Below, in pieces: positions 28,739 through 38,894 of a stretch of 64,000 nt of DNA. The notes beneath the pieces were generated by a model, which was not told where the DNA came from, searched no databases, and worked only from the letters and a program-made list of their open reading frames with translations. Source of the stretch: Candidatus Woesearchaeota archaeon. Lineage in GTDB: Archaea; Nanobdellota; Nanobdellia; Woesearchaeales; UBA119. Positions within the stretch are counted from its first letter, which is position 1. Each line of letters starts with the position of its first letter. The translations under genes were made by a program, and so were the position numbers. The stretch is taken from contig JASGME010000004.1 of assembly GCA_030156615.1 (NCBI GenBank), forward strand, positions 2,546 to 66,545, read 5' to 3'.

Positions 28739-30679
28739 TTATTCTTTTTTATTCACTTGATTGTTTTCTACATTCTTTAAACTCTCATTTGGAAATAAAT
28801 TAAGCGACGATAGTATGCTTTTGTTAACCTCTTCATATTCTTCTCTAAGTTTATCATAAAGATTCAATATTTGAAGTCTTAACATAGTCTTCTTCTCTAA
28901 AAAGCCACCCGGCAATTGATCATATAACCTTAAAATCTCTTCATAAATCTCCTGAGCTTTTTTCAATTCTTTTTTATTTATATTTTCATTAGCTTGTTCA
29001 ATTAGATCCTTTATCTTATTAAACGATGAAGAGAAGTTCTTTATCTTATCCTGAAGAATTAATTCATTTATCTTTGAATAATCTTCTAGTAATCTTTCTT
29101 GCACAGGAATCTTATCCTTTAAAAATCCCTCTGGAAGCTTCTTAAACAATGAGACCGCTTCTAAATAGCTCTTGATTGCTAATGCAGTATTCTTAGAATT
29201 TATGGCTTTTTCAATAATATTTATCTGAGAATTGAGATTTGACATCCCTTCAGCAAAGGTTTCTCTATGAATCTGCTCTGAGATTGTGTCAATCTTATGC
29301 GAGATTTGAATAAATTCACCACGAATCCTTTTCTTTTCTATGTAGAAATCATTAGATATTGTATCAATTAATTTATTTGCAAGATCTAATAGGTTCTTGG
29401 CCTCTTTAATCTCCTTTTTGGCTAATAGAGAATCTATCTTCTTCTTTATGGCATTTAATTTATCTTCAGTCATAGAAAATTTTTTAGTTTCAATATCCCT
29501 CTTTGTTTGTAGCAACCTTGCCTTTGTCCGAAGCATCTTTGATTGTAACTCGCTCTTCCTCTTTAAGAAGCCTGAAGGAAGTTCATTGAATAACTTAGTT
29601 GCTTTTCTTAAAGAATCCTCTGCAAAGCTTATTTTCCCTCTCCCGGCATAGCTTTTTGCTTCTGAAATAAGAATCATAATCTGTTTTTCTTTTGAATTGA
29701 ACTCTTCCTCAGACTTTTTCATAAGATTCTGGGCAAGCTGCCTATCAAAATCAACGATATCATCAACTACTTCAACATTCTTTTTATAGTATATCGCAGG
29801 GATCTGAGCTCTCAATTCTGAAATTCTCTTATACATCTGCCTTGCCTTATCAAGATCTCCTTTCCTTGCAAGTTCTTTAGATTGCTCAATTAGATATTTT
29901 ATTTCCGAAAAAATCTCGGAGCCAGTACCTTCAGAAGGAAGATTCTTTTCCACATCTGTCAATCTTTTTTGCTCTTCGATATCAATTAAACTTAAAATTT
30001 GAGTTTGCATCTCTTTAAGGTTTTTCAATGTAGTATTTTTTGCAACCTTTGCTTTCATTGCAGAGATCTTTCCTGTAGCAAAATTCTCTAATACCTTTCT
30101 AATAATCTGATAGGCAGAAAGAATTTTTTTCTTTGCATCAGAATCTGCATAAACTGAATCTATGTATGATGAAATCTCTTCCAATTGCGACAGAATCTCT
30201 GAAGCAGTTGCCGAATCCAATGACTTGCTGTTTTTTATTATCCCTTCAATATCCTTTAACATTGCTATAATGTCAATTCCCCTTTCGCTTGTGCTTTTTT
30301 CTTTCTCCGAGCTAATCAATCCTTTGTTGATTCTTTTGCTTGATTCTTCAGTTTTAGATTGAACAGGCTGACTTTCAGATGAAGATTTGCCAACATATCT
30401 GAGAAGAGGAGAAGAGAGGCCATAATTGATAGTAATAAGATTATCTTCTTCTAAAAAAAGAGCCCACTGCTCTACTACTTTTGGATTTGTTTTGAGAATT
30501 TTAGCTGCTTCGTCAATGGAAATTTCCCCTCTTTCTTTGACTAAATCAAATAGTTCATCTACTAAAGTAGTCACTTCTCCCTGATTTGCCATGTTAATTA
30601 ACACCAGCTTTTTATTAATTTTGAATGAATTGCTTAAGTTTATCTTACCAAATGATTGTTTAAAAAATGTTTTAATCAC
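28739..30679 (-). CDS. 646-aa coiled-coil protein with N-terminal winged-helix and three LPxGFLxxK repeats
   Basis: N-terminal GEVTTLVDELFDLVKERGEISIDEAAKIL wHTH; long heptad regions; motif F(N/K)(E/K)LP(S/E/G)GFL(K/E)(R/D/K)K three times. Real start may be Met30 (MANQG, 30592). Confidence 0.4.
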   Translation of the reverse strand: MIKTFFKQSFGKINLSNSFKINKKLVLINMANQGEVTTLVDELFDLVKERGEISIDEAAKILKTNPKVVEQWALFLEEDNLITINYGLSSPLLRYVGKSSSESQPVQSKTEESSKRINKGLISSEKEKSTSERGIDIIAMLKDIEGIIKNSKSLDSATASEILSQLEEISSYIDSVYADSDAKKKILSAYQIIRKVLENFATGKISAMKAKVAKNTTLKNLKEMQTQILSLIDIEEQKRLTDVEKNLPSEGTGSEIFSEIKYLIEQSKELARKGDLDKARQMYKRISELRAQIPAIYYKKNVEVVDDIVDFDRQLAQNLMKKSEEEFNSKEKQIMILISEAKSYAGRGKISFAEDSLRKATKLFNELPSGFLKRKSELQSKMLRTKARLLQTKRDIETKKFSMTEDKLNAIKKKIDSLLAKKEIKEAKNLLDLANKLIDTISNDFYIEKKRIRGEFIQISHKIDTISEQIHRETFAEGMSNLNSQINIIEKAINSKNTALAIKSYLEAVSLFKKLPEGFLKDKIPVQERLLEDYSKINELILQDKIKNFSSSFNKIKDLIEQANENINKKELKKAQEIYEEILRLYDQLPGGFLEKKTMLRLQILNLYDKLREEYEEVNKSILSSLNLFPNESLKNVENNQVNKKE

Positions 30680-30812
30680 GCTTCAATAACAACAACTATA
30701 AAATAGAAGGAAATTTTATGAGCAAGGCATTATAAAAAACGGATTTTATTTTAAACCAATGTAAAAAAGTTAACTTTATAAAACATCGGATAAGTAATTT
30801 AATGGAATCATA

Positions 30813-31391
30813 ATGGATAAATTTAACAAGATAAAAGAAGATAACTTAGCTAAAATTAAGTATGATAAGTCCTCTAAAGGAAGCATAGATGAACCAATTC
30901 TGACTTTAGTTAACCAAATCAATTCATTGCCAGATTTTTTCACTACAAGCTCATGCTCCGGAAGAATTTCTGTAATTAAAGATGGTAAAGGAATTACGAA
31001 GCAAAGGAATGCATGGATCTTCAAGAAACATCAAGCAATAACTGTTGAAGAACTTAAAAGCATTGTACTTCCAAAAGAAAGATGCAGTTTAAAGTTTGAA
31101 ACAGTAATCCTTCATATAGCTACAAACAGCATTGATAACGCATTTAAGATGCTGAAAATTGCCAGAGATTCAGGCTGGAAAAAAAGCGGCATAATCTCTT
31201 ACAAAAAGAACAAGATAATGCTAGAATGCTCTTCTACAGAAGTATTGGCAATGCCATTCTCAAAAGAAGGCAGGATAATAGCAAACGATGAAATCCTTGA
31301 AGAATTCTGCAATCAGGCAAATGAGAAGCTAGAAAAAGCTCATATGAAAATAAAAAAATTTACAAAAAATTTACAACTCCTAACTGATTAA
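30813..31391 (+). CDS. taw3: tRNA wybutosine-synthesis protein Taw3/TYW3
   Basis: Conserved TYW3 SSCSGRI motif and length (192 aa). Confidence 0.72.
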   Translation: MDKFNKIKEDNLAKIKYDKSSKGSIDEPILTLVNQINSLPDFFTTSSCSGRISVIKDGKGITKQRNAWIFKKHQAITVEELKSIVLPKERCSLKFETVILHIATNSIDNAFKMLKIARDSGWKKSGIISYKKNKIMLECSSTEVLAMPFSKEGRIIANDEILEEFCNQANEKLEKAHMKIKKFTKNLQLLTD

Positions 31392-31406
31392 TTAAGCAAC
31401 TATTCT

Positions 31407-32240
31407 TTAAATTATAATCTCCCTTTGATTATAAACGTTTGAGTATGGAACCTCTCCAAATTCACAATTCTTGCATGTTGGATCAAGAGCAATCCAATTT
31501 CCCTCTGTCTTTTTAGTGAATGGAAGCTCAGGCATATAAGCATTAACATAAATATGTCCTTTTATTAGAATAAAACGCGTTTCTATTCCTATCTGTTGAA
31601 GAAGATTGGCCAGCAAGATCGATTTTCCATCACAATCCGCAGCTCCTGAAATCAAAACTTCCAAAGGATTTTCAAAGTATTCCTCTTTTGGATCTGGAAT
31701 ATAAGAAATACTATCTCTCACAAATAAGTAAATTGCCTGAGCTGCACACCCCTCATAATCTCTACATGATTTTGTTGAAATATAATCTGCAAGAGCCTTT
31801 AATCTATAATCTTGGTAATTCTTATAATAATTAAGTAACAGAACAATATCCATCTCTTTTTCTTCTTTCAATTTGGTTTCATCAAGTTGAATCTGTTCAA
31901 TAAGATAAGAAATATGGGGATCATTTAACATGGGAACATCTTTTGGCTTATCAAAAGAATCTATGAAAAATGTTGAGTAAAAGCCTATTACAATAAAGAA
32001 TAAACAGATAGACACAAATATCTTAAATAAGATATTTCCCTTATTTGATGTTTCAGATGATTGAGAATCTCCGACTTCAATATACTTATCTAGATTTTCT
32101 TCAGAAAATTGTTCTTTTATAGGTTGAGAATTCATTTTAAAAAGAGAAAAGATTAAAAGTGATTTAAATCTTTCTAAATATATGAATGGATCTTTTATTG
32201 GAGCTGAGGCTGTAATAACCTTTGACGGCGATATTGTCAT
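31407..32240 (-). CDS. membrane-anchored transglutaminase-like cysteine protease
   Basis: Cys-His-Asp core: DCDGKSILLANLL..GIETRFI..GHIYV...NWIALDPT; N-terminal TM. True start probably Met36 (32135), which would remove the overlap with bud32. Confidence 0.55.
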   Translation of the reverse strand: MTISPSKVITASAPIKDPFIYLERFKSLLIFSLFKMNSQPIKEQFSEENLDKYIEVGDSQSSETSNKGNILFKIFVSICLFFIVIGFYSTFFIDSFDKPKDVPMLNDPHISYLIEQIQLDETKLKEEKEMDIVLLLNYYKNYQDYRLKALADYISTKSCRDYEGCAAQAIYLFVRDSISYIPDPKEEYFENPLEVLISGAADCDGKSILLANLLQQIGIETRFILIKGHIYVNAYMPELPFTKKTEGNWIALDPTCKNCEFGEVPYSNVYNQREIII

Positions 32241-32790
32241 AAAAGAAAGGATAGAGAAGGGTTATAGAAACAAGGCATTGGATAAAAAGCTTAGAAAAGA
32301 AAGAACAAGAACAGAGTATAGGATTCTTCAAAAATTAAATAATGCAGGATTACATTGCCCAAAACCTTTAGAGGTTGATGAGGAAAAGGCAATCATAAAA
32401 ATGAGCAGAATAAGAGGAAGTCCATTGCGTGACATTATCAATGAAAAAAATGTTGAATCTGTTTCAACAGAATTAGCTAATATTGTTGCAACTATGCATG
32501 CTATGGGAATTGTTCACCATGATTTAACAACATCAAACTTCATTGCAGACAGAGATAAAATATATGTAATTGATTTTGGACTTTCATTTTTCTCAGACAA
32601 AATAGAAGATAAAGCGGTAGACATTCATTTACTCGAAAGAGCCATAGAATCAAAACATCCTGAAATAAAAGAAGCTTTTATGAATAATTTTTTTGAAACC
32701 TATTTATATGCATATGATGAAGGAAAAGATGTATTGAAAAGGCTAGAAAAGGTAGAAAGAAGAGGAAGATACAAAGGAAAGAAAAACTAA
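32182..32790 (+). CDS. bud32: KEOPS complex kinase Bud32 (RIO-type)
   Basis: Minimal kinase: GAEAVI..., K in VIKER, IVHHDLTTSNFI, IDFGLS; 202 aa, typical of archaeal Bud32. Confidence 0.75.
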   Translation: MNGSFIGAEAVITFDGDIVIKERIEKGYRNKALDKKLRKERTRTEYRILQKLNNAGLHCPKPLEVDEEKAIIKMSRIRGSPLRDIINEKNVESVSTELANIVATMHAMGIVHHDLTTSNFIADRDKIYVIDFGLSFFSDKIEDKAVDIHLLERAIESKHPEIKEAFMNNFFETYLYAYDEGKDVLKRLEKVERRGRYKGKKN

Positions 32791-32791
32791 T

Positions 32792-32953
32792 TTATGCTGC
32801 AGTAGCGCAAGCCAAGAAATCAGACAAAATTGGAATTGTTAAGATGCCACTCTTTGCCAGAAATACTATTAACAACATAAAAAGAATTCCAAAAACGAAT
32901 CCTTTAAACCAAGTCATTGGATGTGGACCCGTTCTGTCTCCAAAAAAAACCAT
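32792..32953 (-). CDS. 53-aa single-TM small protein (below the ORF-track cutoff)
   Basis: ATG preceded by GAGGTGA (Shine-Dalgarno-like); MVFFGDRTGPHPMTWFKGFVFGILFMLLIVFLAKSG... has one TM helix. Confidence 0.25.
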   Translation of the reverse strand: MVFFGDRTGPHPMTWFKGFVFGILFMLLIVFLAKSGILTIPILSDFLACATAA

Positions 32954-33113
32954 TTTTTCACCTCATCTTTATTTCATGATCATTTAGTACAGAAAGAAAA
33001 ATGTAAGAAGGAATATATAAAACTTACGAAAATGGATAACACAAGAGCAAATAAATCAAAATCAAATCAAAATCTTTATAAATGAGAGAGATTTCCGCAA
33101 GATGTGATTTTAT

Positions 33114-33437
33114 ATGGTGCAGAGGATTGGTTCATTAAATAGGAAGACTAGGGCACTCTTCAAGAAGAACTATAAAGAAAAAGGGAAGAGAAGTACAAGT
33201 GAATATTTTAAAGAATTAAATCAAGGAGAAAAGGTCTTGATTAGAAGAGAACCTTCTTCAACAGAATCTCAATTTCATTCAAGGTTCAATGGAAAGACAG
33301 GAACAATAATCGGGAAGCGAGGCAAATGTTATTTAGTTAAGGTTTCAGATGTTAAAAAAGAAAAAGAATTAATAATCCATCCAATCCATCTTAAAAGAAT
33401 TGAGAGCAATGTTATTAAAAATAAGGCAAAGGCATAA
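33114..33437 (+). CDS. rpl21e: ribosomal protein L21e
   Basis: FHSRFNGKTGTIIG core, basic N-terminus; conserved neighbourhood with rpoF and DUF655. Confidence 0.72.
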   Translation: MVQRIGSLNRKTRALFKKNYKEKGKRSTSEYFKELNQGEKVLIRREPSSTESQFHSRFNGKTGTIIGKRGKCYLVKVSDVKKEKELIIHPIHLKRIESNVIKNKAKA

Positions 33438-33482
33438 TAATAAGAATAACAAGAAGATATTGAACAAAAACAGGAAACAAAA

Positions 33483-33827
33483 ATGGCAAAAACAATAATA
33501 GAATCTGATGAGCCAATAAGCGAATTTGAATTGAAGAATGAATTAGAAAAGATTAAGGAGCAGGATAAAGAGCTTAATTTTAGAGCTAATAGAACACTTG
33601 AGTATCTACATGAGGTTTCAAAGATTTCTTTTGAAGATGGGAATAAATTAAAAAAGGCTTTAATAGATTTGGACATTCCAAGAATGAAAGATGTCGTAAT
33701 ATGCAAAATTGTAGATTTATTACCAAAAACAGAAGACGAATTAAAGAGCATCATTCAGGTCTATTCTATAACTATTTCTAAAAATAACATGAAAGAAATA
33801 CTAAAAACTGTTTCTGAATATATTTGA
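33483..33827 (+). CDS. rpoF: RNA polymerase subunit Rpo4/F (probable)
   Basis: Position in the conserved archaeal L21e-RpoF-DUF655 cluster; size 114 aa; C-terminal HRDC-like IVDLLPKTEDELKSII. Confidence 0.5.
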   Translation: MAKTIIESDEPISEFELKNELEKIKEQDKELNFRANRTLEYLHEVSKISFEDGNKLKKALIDLDIPRMKDVVICKIVDLLPKTEDELKSIIQVYSITISKNNMKEILKTVSEYI

Positions 33828-33909
33828 GTCTGAATTGACTCAAACTCAATGTTTCATCATCTACAAAACAAAAGTTATTTAAATCAAACAATGCAATTAT
33901 CAATGAAAA

Positions 33910-34488
33910 ATGGAAAAGGCTGAAAGAGGAATAAAACAGGAAAGGGAAGAATTTGCCATTGTCCTAGACTTCCTGCCAAATGGCTACCCATTCTCTGATT
34001 CCGGATCATACAGGAAAAGACCTGTTGTGCAGGCAATAGGCACAAAAGGACTTACATTGCTCGAGCTAGCCCCAAAAGTAGGGATTTTCCTTCAACCACA
34101 ACAAAAGATTTACATAGGAGAACTCAAGAGAGATGAAATCCATCACATCATTGCCAGATTATCATACTCAAAATTGACTAATGTCGCAAAAGGGGAACTT
34201 AGTTATGCTTTAGACAGGATAATTGATGAAAATGAAAAGAAGTTTGTAGATTTCTTCAATAATGCTGCTCCATTAACAACAAGAATGCATTCATTGGAAT
34301 TGCTTCCGGGAATGGGAAAGAAAAGAATGTGGGAACTTCTTGAAGAGAAAGAGAAAAAACCATTTGAAAGCCTTAACGAAATAAATGAAAGAGTAAGATT
34401 AATACCTAATGCTAAGGAAATGGTCAAGAGGAGGATTCTTAAAGAACTTGAAGGTAACGAAAAACACTACATATTTGTAAGACCTTAA
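33910..34488 (+). CDS. DUF655 family protein (archaeal, predicted nucleic-acid-binding)
   Basis: LELLPGMGKKRMWELLEEKEKKPFESLNEI HhH-like motif; conserved position downstream of rpoF. Confidence 0.6.
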   Translation: MEKAERGIKQEREEFAIVLDFLPNGYPFSDSGSYRKRPVVQAIGTKGLTLLELAPKVGIFLQPQQKIYIGELKRDEIHHIIARLSYSKLTNVAKGELSYALDRIIDENEKKFVDFFNNAAPLTTRMHSLELLPGMGKKRMWELLEEKEKKPFESLNEINERVRLIPNAKEMVKRRILKELEGNEKHYIFVRP

Positions 34489-34536
34489 ATCAAAATCTTT
34501 TTTTATTTCTTATAAACGCAATAAGATACAAAGAAA

Positions 34537-34607
34537 TGCGCCAGCCGGGAATTGAACCCGGACCAGACCCGTGGCAGGGGCCTATTGTACCATTCAACCA
34601 CTGGCGC
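34537..34607 (-). tRNA. tRNA-Gly (GCC)
   Basis: Manual fold: acceptor GCGCCAG/CTGGCGC, anticodon stem GGCCC/GGGTC, loop CTGCCAC, T-loop TTCAATT; 71 nt. Confidence 0.85.
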
Positions 34608-34646
34608 CTATCTATAAGTTTTTTGTGGCTCTTTAAATAATTTTTG

Positions 34647-35270
34647 CTAATGATGTTCTTCACGAGATTCAAAGAAGAAACAACTTACTCCAATTTTAAC
34701 TAATCTTTTTTTATGAAACCTCATAGTATTTTTTAAAGGAATTAAAAATTTAATCTCATCTATAGATTCAAATCCAAACCTTCTTCCAAAAGCTATTATG
34801 TAGTCTCTAGTAGAACTTTTGTGAAAACTTATTACTCTATTTGAAACGCTAAAAGCCTTTTCTAAAAAAGAAACATCAGCACCTTTCTTGCGCGTGCCAA
34901 AAGGAGGATTTTCAATAACTAACTCAACCCGTCCATTGAAATCTTTAATATCGCTTTCAATTAAGTTGCTTCTATCATTTAACCTCATAATTTCAATATT
35001 TCTTTTCAATATTTTAACGACATCTTTATCTTTTTCAACAAAGAAACATTTCTTGGCTTCAAGGATTAAAGCTCCTATCCCCAAGATGCCTGTGCCCGCT
35101 CCAAAATCAGCTATTATCTTATCCTTAATCAATCCTTTCATGAAAGCATGCCAAATAGCCTCAGCAGCAACCTCGCTATCAGTAGGATACTGTTCTTCAA
35201 TAGTATTAGGATTATCAAAGACATCTAATCTTGAAAGTTCTATAGCCAAAGAAGATTTTGAAATCATCAA
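34647..35270 (-). CDS. COG2263-type N6-adenine RNA methyltransferase (METTL5-like)
   Basis: SAM motif ADFGAGTGILG and motif IV ENPPFG; 207 aa. Confidence 0.65.
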   Translation of the reverse strand: MMISKSSLAIELSRLDVFDNPNTIEEQYPTDSEVAAEAIWHAFMKGLIKDKIIADFGAGTGILGIGALILEAKKCFFVEKDKDVVKILKRNIEIMRLNDRSNLIESDIKDFNGRVELVIENPPFGTRKKGADVSFLEKAFSVSNRVISFHKSSTRDYIIAFGRRFGFESIDEIKFLIPLKNTMRFHKKRLVKIGVSCFFFESREEHH

Positions 35271-35314
35271 AATAAGAATAAAAAATCAAAGATAAAAAAC
35301 TTTTTATTTGATTC

Positions 35315-36385
35315 CTAAACAAGGTCTATTCCTAACTCTGAAGAAACCCTTTTCTTATTCTCCTCACGATATTCTTGTGATGATTCCTTCCCTAATATCC
35401 AAGGGGATTTAACCCCAGTCATAATAGTCATAACTAAAATCTTTCCAGTCATATCATCGCTAACTCTTGCTCCCCAAATTACATTTGCATCTGGATCCAT
35501 CTCCTTAGTAACTGCTTCACCAATCATCTTTGTTTCCTCAAGGGTCATGTCTGGCCCACCGTGTATATGAATCAAGGCACCAGTTGCTCCAGCATAGTCT
35601 ATTTCTAACAAAGGATTTGATAATGCTCCACTAACTGCCTCCTGAACCCTGTTTTTAGTATCAGACGCACCAACGCCAATTGCTGCAACTCCTCCTCCGT
35701 TCATTATTGCTTTAACATCTGCAAAGTCAAGATTAACTAATGAAGGCACAGCTATTGTTTCAACGATCCCTCGGATCATTGTTGCTATTAATTCGTTTGC
35801 AACTGCAAAGGCCTGTTGTATAGGTAGGTTCCCGGCAATCTTTACCAATCTATTATTGTCAATAACAATAACAGTGTTGCATACCTTTCTAAGTTCAGCC
35901 AGTCCATATTCGGCTTTATCAACCCTTGCTCTTTCAATGTTGAATGGCATTGTAACAGTTCCGACAACGATAGCTCCCATCTCTTTCGCCAACTTTGCTA
36001 CGATTGGAGCGCTCCCTGTTCCTGTTCCGCCACCCATTCCTGCACATACAAAAACCATATCTGAGCCTCTCAAAGCCTCTTTTATCTCATTGCTCGATTC
36101 AACAGCAGATTCCGCCCCCACCTTGGGATAACCACCACAACCAAGTCCTTTTGTTATATTTTTACCAATGAGAAGCTTACGATCAGCAGAACTGATGTCC
36201 AAATGTTGTAAATCAGTATTTATAGCAATTACCTCTGCACCCTGAATTCCTTTTTTATACAACCAAGAGGTCATGTTGTTTCCAGCACCGCCACAGCCAA
36301 TAACTTTTATATTGGCCTGACCACAACTTCCATTTAACTCATTTTCTTCCATAGAGTCCAGAGCGTTCTTTACGATAAATTCCAT
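35315..36385 (-). CDS. ftsZ: cell division GTPase FtsZ
   Basis: [13 protein letters not shown] tubulin signature, [13 protein letters not shown]7 loop. Confidence 0.92.
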   Translation of the reverse strand: MEFIVKNALDSMEENELNGSCGQANIKVIGCGGAGNNMTSWLYKKGIQGAEVIAINTDLQHLDISSADRKLLIGKNITKGLGCGGYPKVGAESAVESSNEIKEALRGSDMVFVCAGMGGGTGTGSAPIVAKLAKEMGAIVVGTVTMPFNIERARVDKAEYGLAELRKVCNTVIVIDNNRLVKIAGNLPIQQAFAVANELIATMIRGIVETIAVPSLVNLDFADVKAIMNGGGVAAIGVGASDTKNRVQEAVSGALSNPLLEIDYAGATGALIHIHGGPDMTLEETKMIGEAVTKEMDPDANVIWGARVSDDMTGKILVMTIMTGVKSPWILGKESSQEYREENKKRVSSELGIDLV

Positions 36386-36593
36386 CTTCTTACCTCCAAT
36401 ATCCCAAAATGTATACTGAAATATCTAAATCACTACTGATATATATATTTTTCTAAACACTAGTATGCCTATATCTTTTAATCAACTTCTTAATCTTTTA
36501 CATCTTTCAAGAACAAATAAAACTTTTTTAGTTAATACAAAGGATATATTCTTCTTGCCAAAAACTTATAAATTTCTTACTTTCCGCATAATC

Positions 36594-38348
36594 ATGAAAC
36601 ATACATCAAAGAATCAGGGTTCTCATCACAATAATGAAGAACCTTCTTCTGAATCTTCACTTGAAAAAATCATAAAAGAAACAATTCAAAAACTTAAGGA
36701 TAAAGAATTCTCCAAAAAAATAGTCATATTAGATACAAATGTTTTGATTTCAGATCCAACAGCTCTCTATAACTTTAAGAATTCACTGAAAGTTATACCA
36801 TATGGAACTGTTGGAAGAGAACTCAACAATGTTTCAAATAACAGCAGAAACGCAATTTCAAGATTTAATGCAAATGAGGCAAAGAAAACAATAGAGAATA
36901 TTATAGATTTTGCAAAACAAAGAGGTATCGATCCAGCTAATAATCCAATCCCTATGAATGACGGCCGTGATTTAATTTATATAATTGATGATACTAAACT
37001 TAATACAGATCCTTTGAAAATAACTACTGATTTAGGAAATGGAGATCTGAGTATTCTTAACACAGCAAAAGTCTTTGATAGAATTTCAAAAGAGGAAGGC
37101 TGTAATGCAGTTTTGATAACAAATGACTTAGCTTTAAGAACACTTACAAAGATTAATAATATCAATGCAGAAGAATTAAAGAAAGGAAGCATAGATTTAA
37201 CTCAGATTTCAAAAGGATATTACCTTTGTTCTGATCCAGACGCATTAGCAAAGATTTTTGACAATAGCAAATCATCTACAACTAAGATGAAATCATTTGT
37301 GTCTAAACTAATGCCTTTAGAATCTTTTAATCAACTGATTGTAGAAGGAATTCCAATAGAAGAACTCCCACACAATTCATACATTATCTTCACAGGTTCA
37401 GAAGAAAAATCAAAAGAGATAATTAATAGTTCTAACTCTGATTTTCATAAACATTTCAAGGAATTACCTTCTTTGGTTTTCAGAATAGACCGTGTAAATG
37501 AAGTAATAAAGCCCATTAAATACGATGAGCCTTACAAAAGCATATTTGGGATTTACCCAAAAAATTTAGAGCAATATCTTTTTATGAATGATTGCATTGA
37601 TGAAGATATTAAGATTGCAGTTGGCCATGGTGTTGAAGGAACTGGAAAAACACTAATTTCTCTGGCATCATCAATTTATCTTGCACAAAGGTATTTAAAA
37701 GATAATTATCTTGAAAGCAATCCAAAACTAGATTTAACAGATTTCGTAAAGATATCAAAACCAATAGTGCATTCCGAAGAGATTGGATATCTCCCAGGAG
37801 GAGTTGACTCAAAGTTAGAATTGGACTATTTCTCTTTTACAAGTGCAATTAAGAGACTTTGGGATCGTCGTGTATTAGCCAACAAAGATAACAAGATAAG
37901 AAACATCGATTTAGGTTCAAATTCTAATTACGACATTACTTCTATTTATGATTCATACGATGATTTAATGAATGACTCTGGAGCGCTATTTCTTAAGGCA
38001 CCATTAGGATTTATGCGTGGTGTTGATTGGGGAAACGGTGTTTGGATTATTGATGAGTTTCAAAACGCTGAGATAGGGCAGGCAAGGTCTTTAATAACCA
38101 GAGCAGGAGACGATGTTAAAATAATAATTACTGGCTGCCCATATCAAATAGATAGCAAATACCTAAGAGATAATTATAATGCTCTAGCCTTCCTTTTATA
38201 CAACATCCAGAAGACTAACACAACTGAAGAGAGATATAAAAATGCTCCTTTTGTCAACTCAATTAATCTTTCTAAAACAGAAAGAGGGAAATTAGCAAAA
38301 TGGGGAGCAACCCTTGATGTAAACGATTATGATTACAACAAAAAGTAA
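36594..38348 (+). CDS. PhoH2-type protein (N-terminal PIN domain fused to PhoH-like ATPase)
   Basis: PIN motif VILDTNVLISDP; Walker A GHGVEGTGKTLISLA; Walker B VWIIDEFQN. I chose start MKHTSK (ORF-track start 36465). Confidence 0.72.
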   Translation: MKHTSKNQGSHHNNEEPSSESSLEKIIKETIQKLKDKEFSKKIVILDTNVLISDPTALYNFKNSLKVIPYGTVGRELNNVSNNSRNAISRFNANEAKKTIENIIDFAKQRGIDPANNPIPMNDGRDLIYIIDDTKLNTDPLKITTDLGNGDLSILNTAKVFDRISKEEGCNAVLITNDLALRTLTKINNINAEELKKGSIDLTQISKGYYLCSDPDALAKIFDNSKSSTTKMKSFVSKLMPLESFNQLIVEGIPIEELPHNSYIIFTGSEEKSKEIINSSNSDFHKHFKELPSLVFRIDRVNEVIKPIKYDEPYKSIFGIYPKNLEQYLFMNDCIDEDIKIAVGHGVEGTGKTLISLASSIYLAQRYLKDNYLESNPKLDLTDFVKISKPIVHSEEIGYLPGGVDSKLELDYFSFTSAIKRLWDRRVLANKDNKIRNIDLGSNSNYDITSIYDSYDDLMNDSGALFLKAPLGFMRGVDWGNGVWIIDEFQNAEIGQARSLITRAGDDVKIIITGCPYQIDSKYLRDNYNALAFLLYNIQKTNTTEERYKNAPFVNSINLSKTERGKLAKWGATLDVNDYDYNKK

Positions 38349-38396
38349 ATTTCATAGAAAAGTCAATAAAAAATTAACAAAGAAAAAATAAAAGAT

Positions 38397-38894
38397 TTAA
38401 TTAACCTTAATCTTCTTCGTCTTTTTCTTCTTGCTCTCTTTTTTAGGTATGTGTAGCTCTAAGATGCCATCTTTGTAGCTTGCATTAATATTGTCAATGT
38501 CTACACCATCAGGTAAACTGATGAATCTCTGGAATCCAGAATATCTCCTTTCAATCCTTCTCCATCCCTTCTTCTTGTCCCCACTTTCAATCTTCTCTGA
38601 ACTTTCTCCTCTAATTTCAATTCCATCTTCGCTAGCGTTAATCTCAATGTCCTCTTTCTTTATGCCAGGCATTTCAATCTTTGCAACTATTTCATTATCA
38701 TATTCAACAATATCTGTTAACGGGGTTCTGAAATAAGGCTCTTCCAATGCTGTCAATGCTGGCTGTGAATATTCCGGAAGCATCTCTCTCTCTGCTATTG
38801 GTATTTGAGAGAAAAATCTCGACATCAACTTGTCAAAATCCTCCTGAATCCTGTTTATTTCGTCAAACCAATTTGGCTCTCTCATCTTTATCAC
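38397..38894 (-). CDS. hsp20: Hsp20/alpha-crystallin small heat-shock protein
   Basis: ACD: NASYKDGILELHIPK and A/GxLxV-like C-terminal region. Confidence 0.8.
   Translation of the reverse strand: MIKMREPNWFDEINRIQEDFDKLMSRFFSQIPIAEREMLPEYSQPALTALEEPYFRTPLTDIVEYDNEIVAKIEMPGIKKEDIEINASEDGIEIRGESSEKIESGDKKKGWRRIERRYSGFQRFISLPDGVDIDNINASYKDGILELHIPKKESKKKKTKKIKVN

Noticed and set aside
30770-30812. TATA-like box (TTTATAAA) upstream of taw3
   Set aside because: In a genome this AT-rich, TATA-like octamers occur by chance throughout intergenic DNA. It is not callable without TSS data.
34490-34672. 60-aa ORF overlapping tRNA-Gly
   Set aside because: It overlaps a well-folded tRNA gene on the same strand; this is a spurious ORF.
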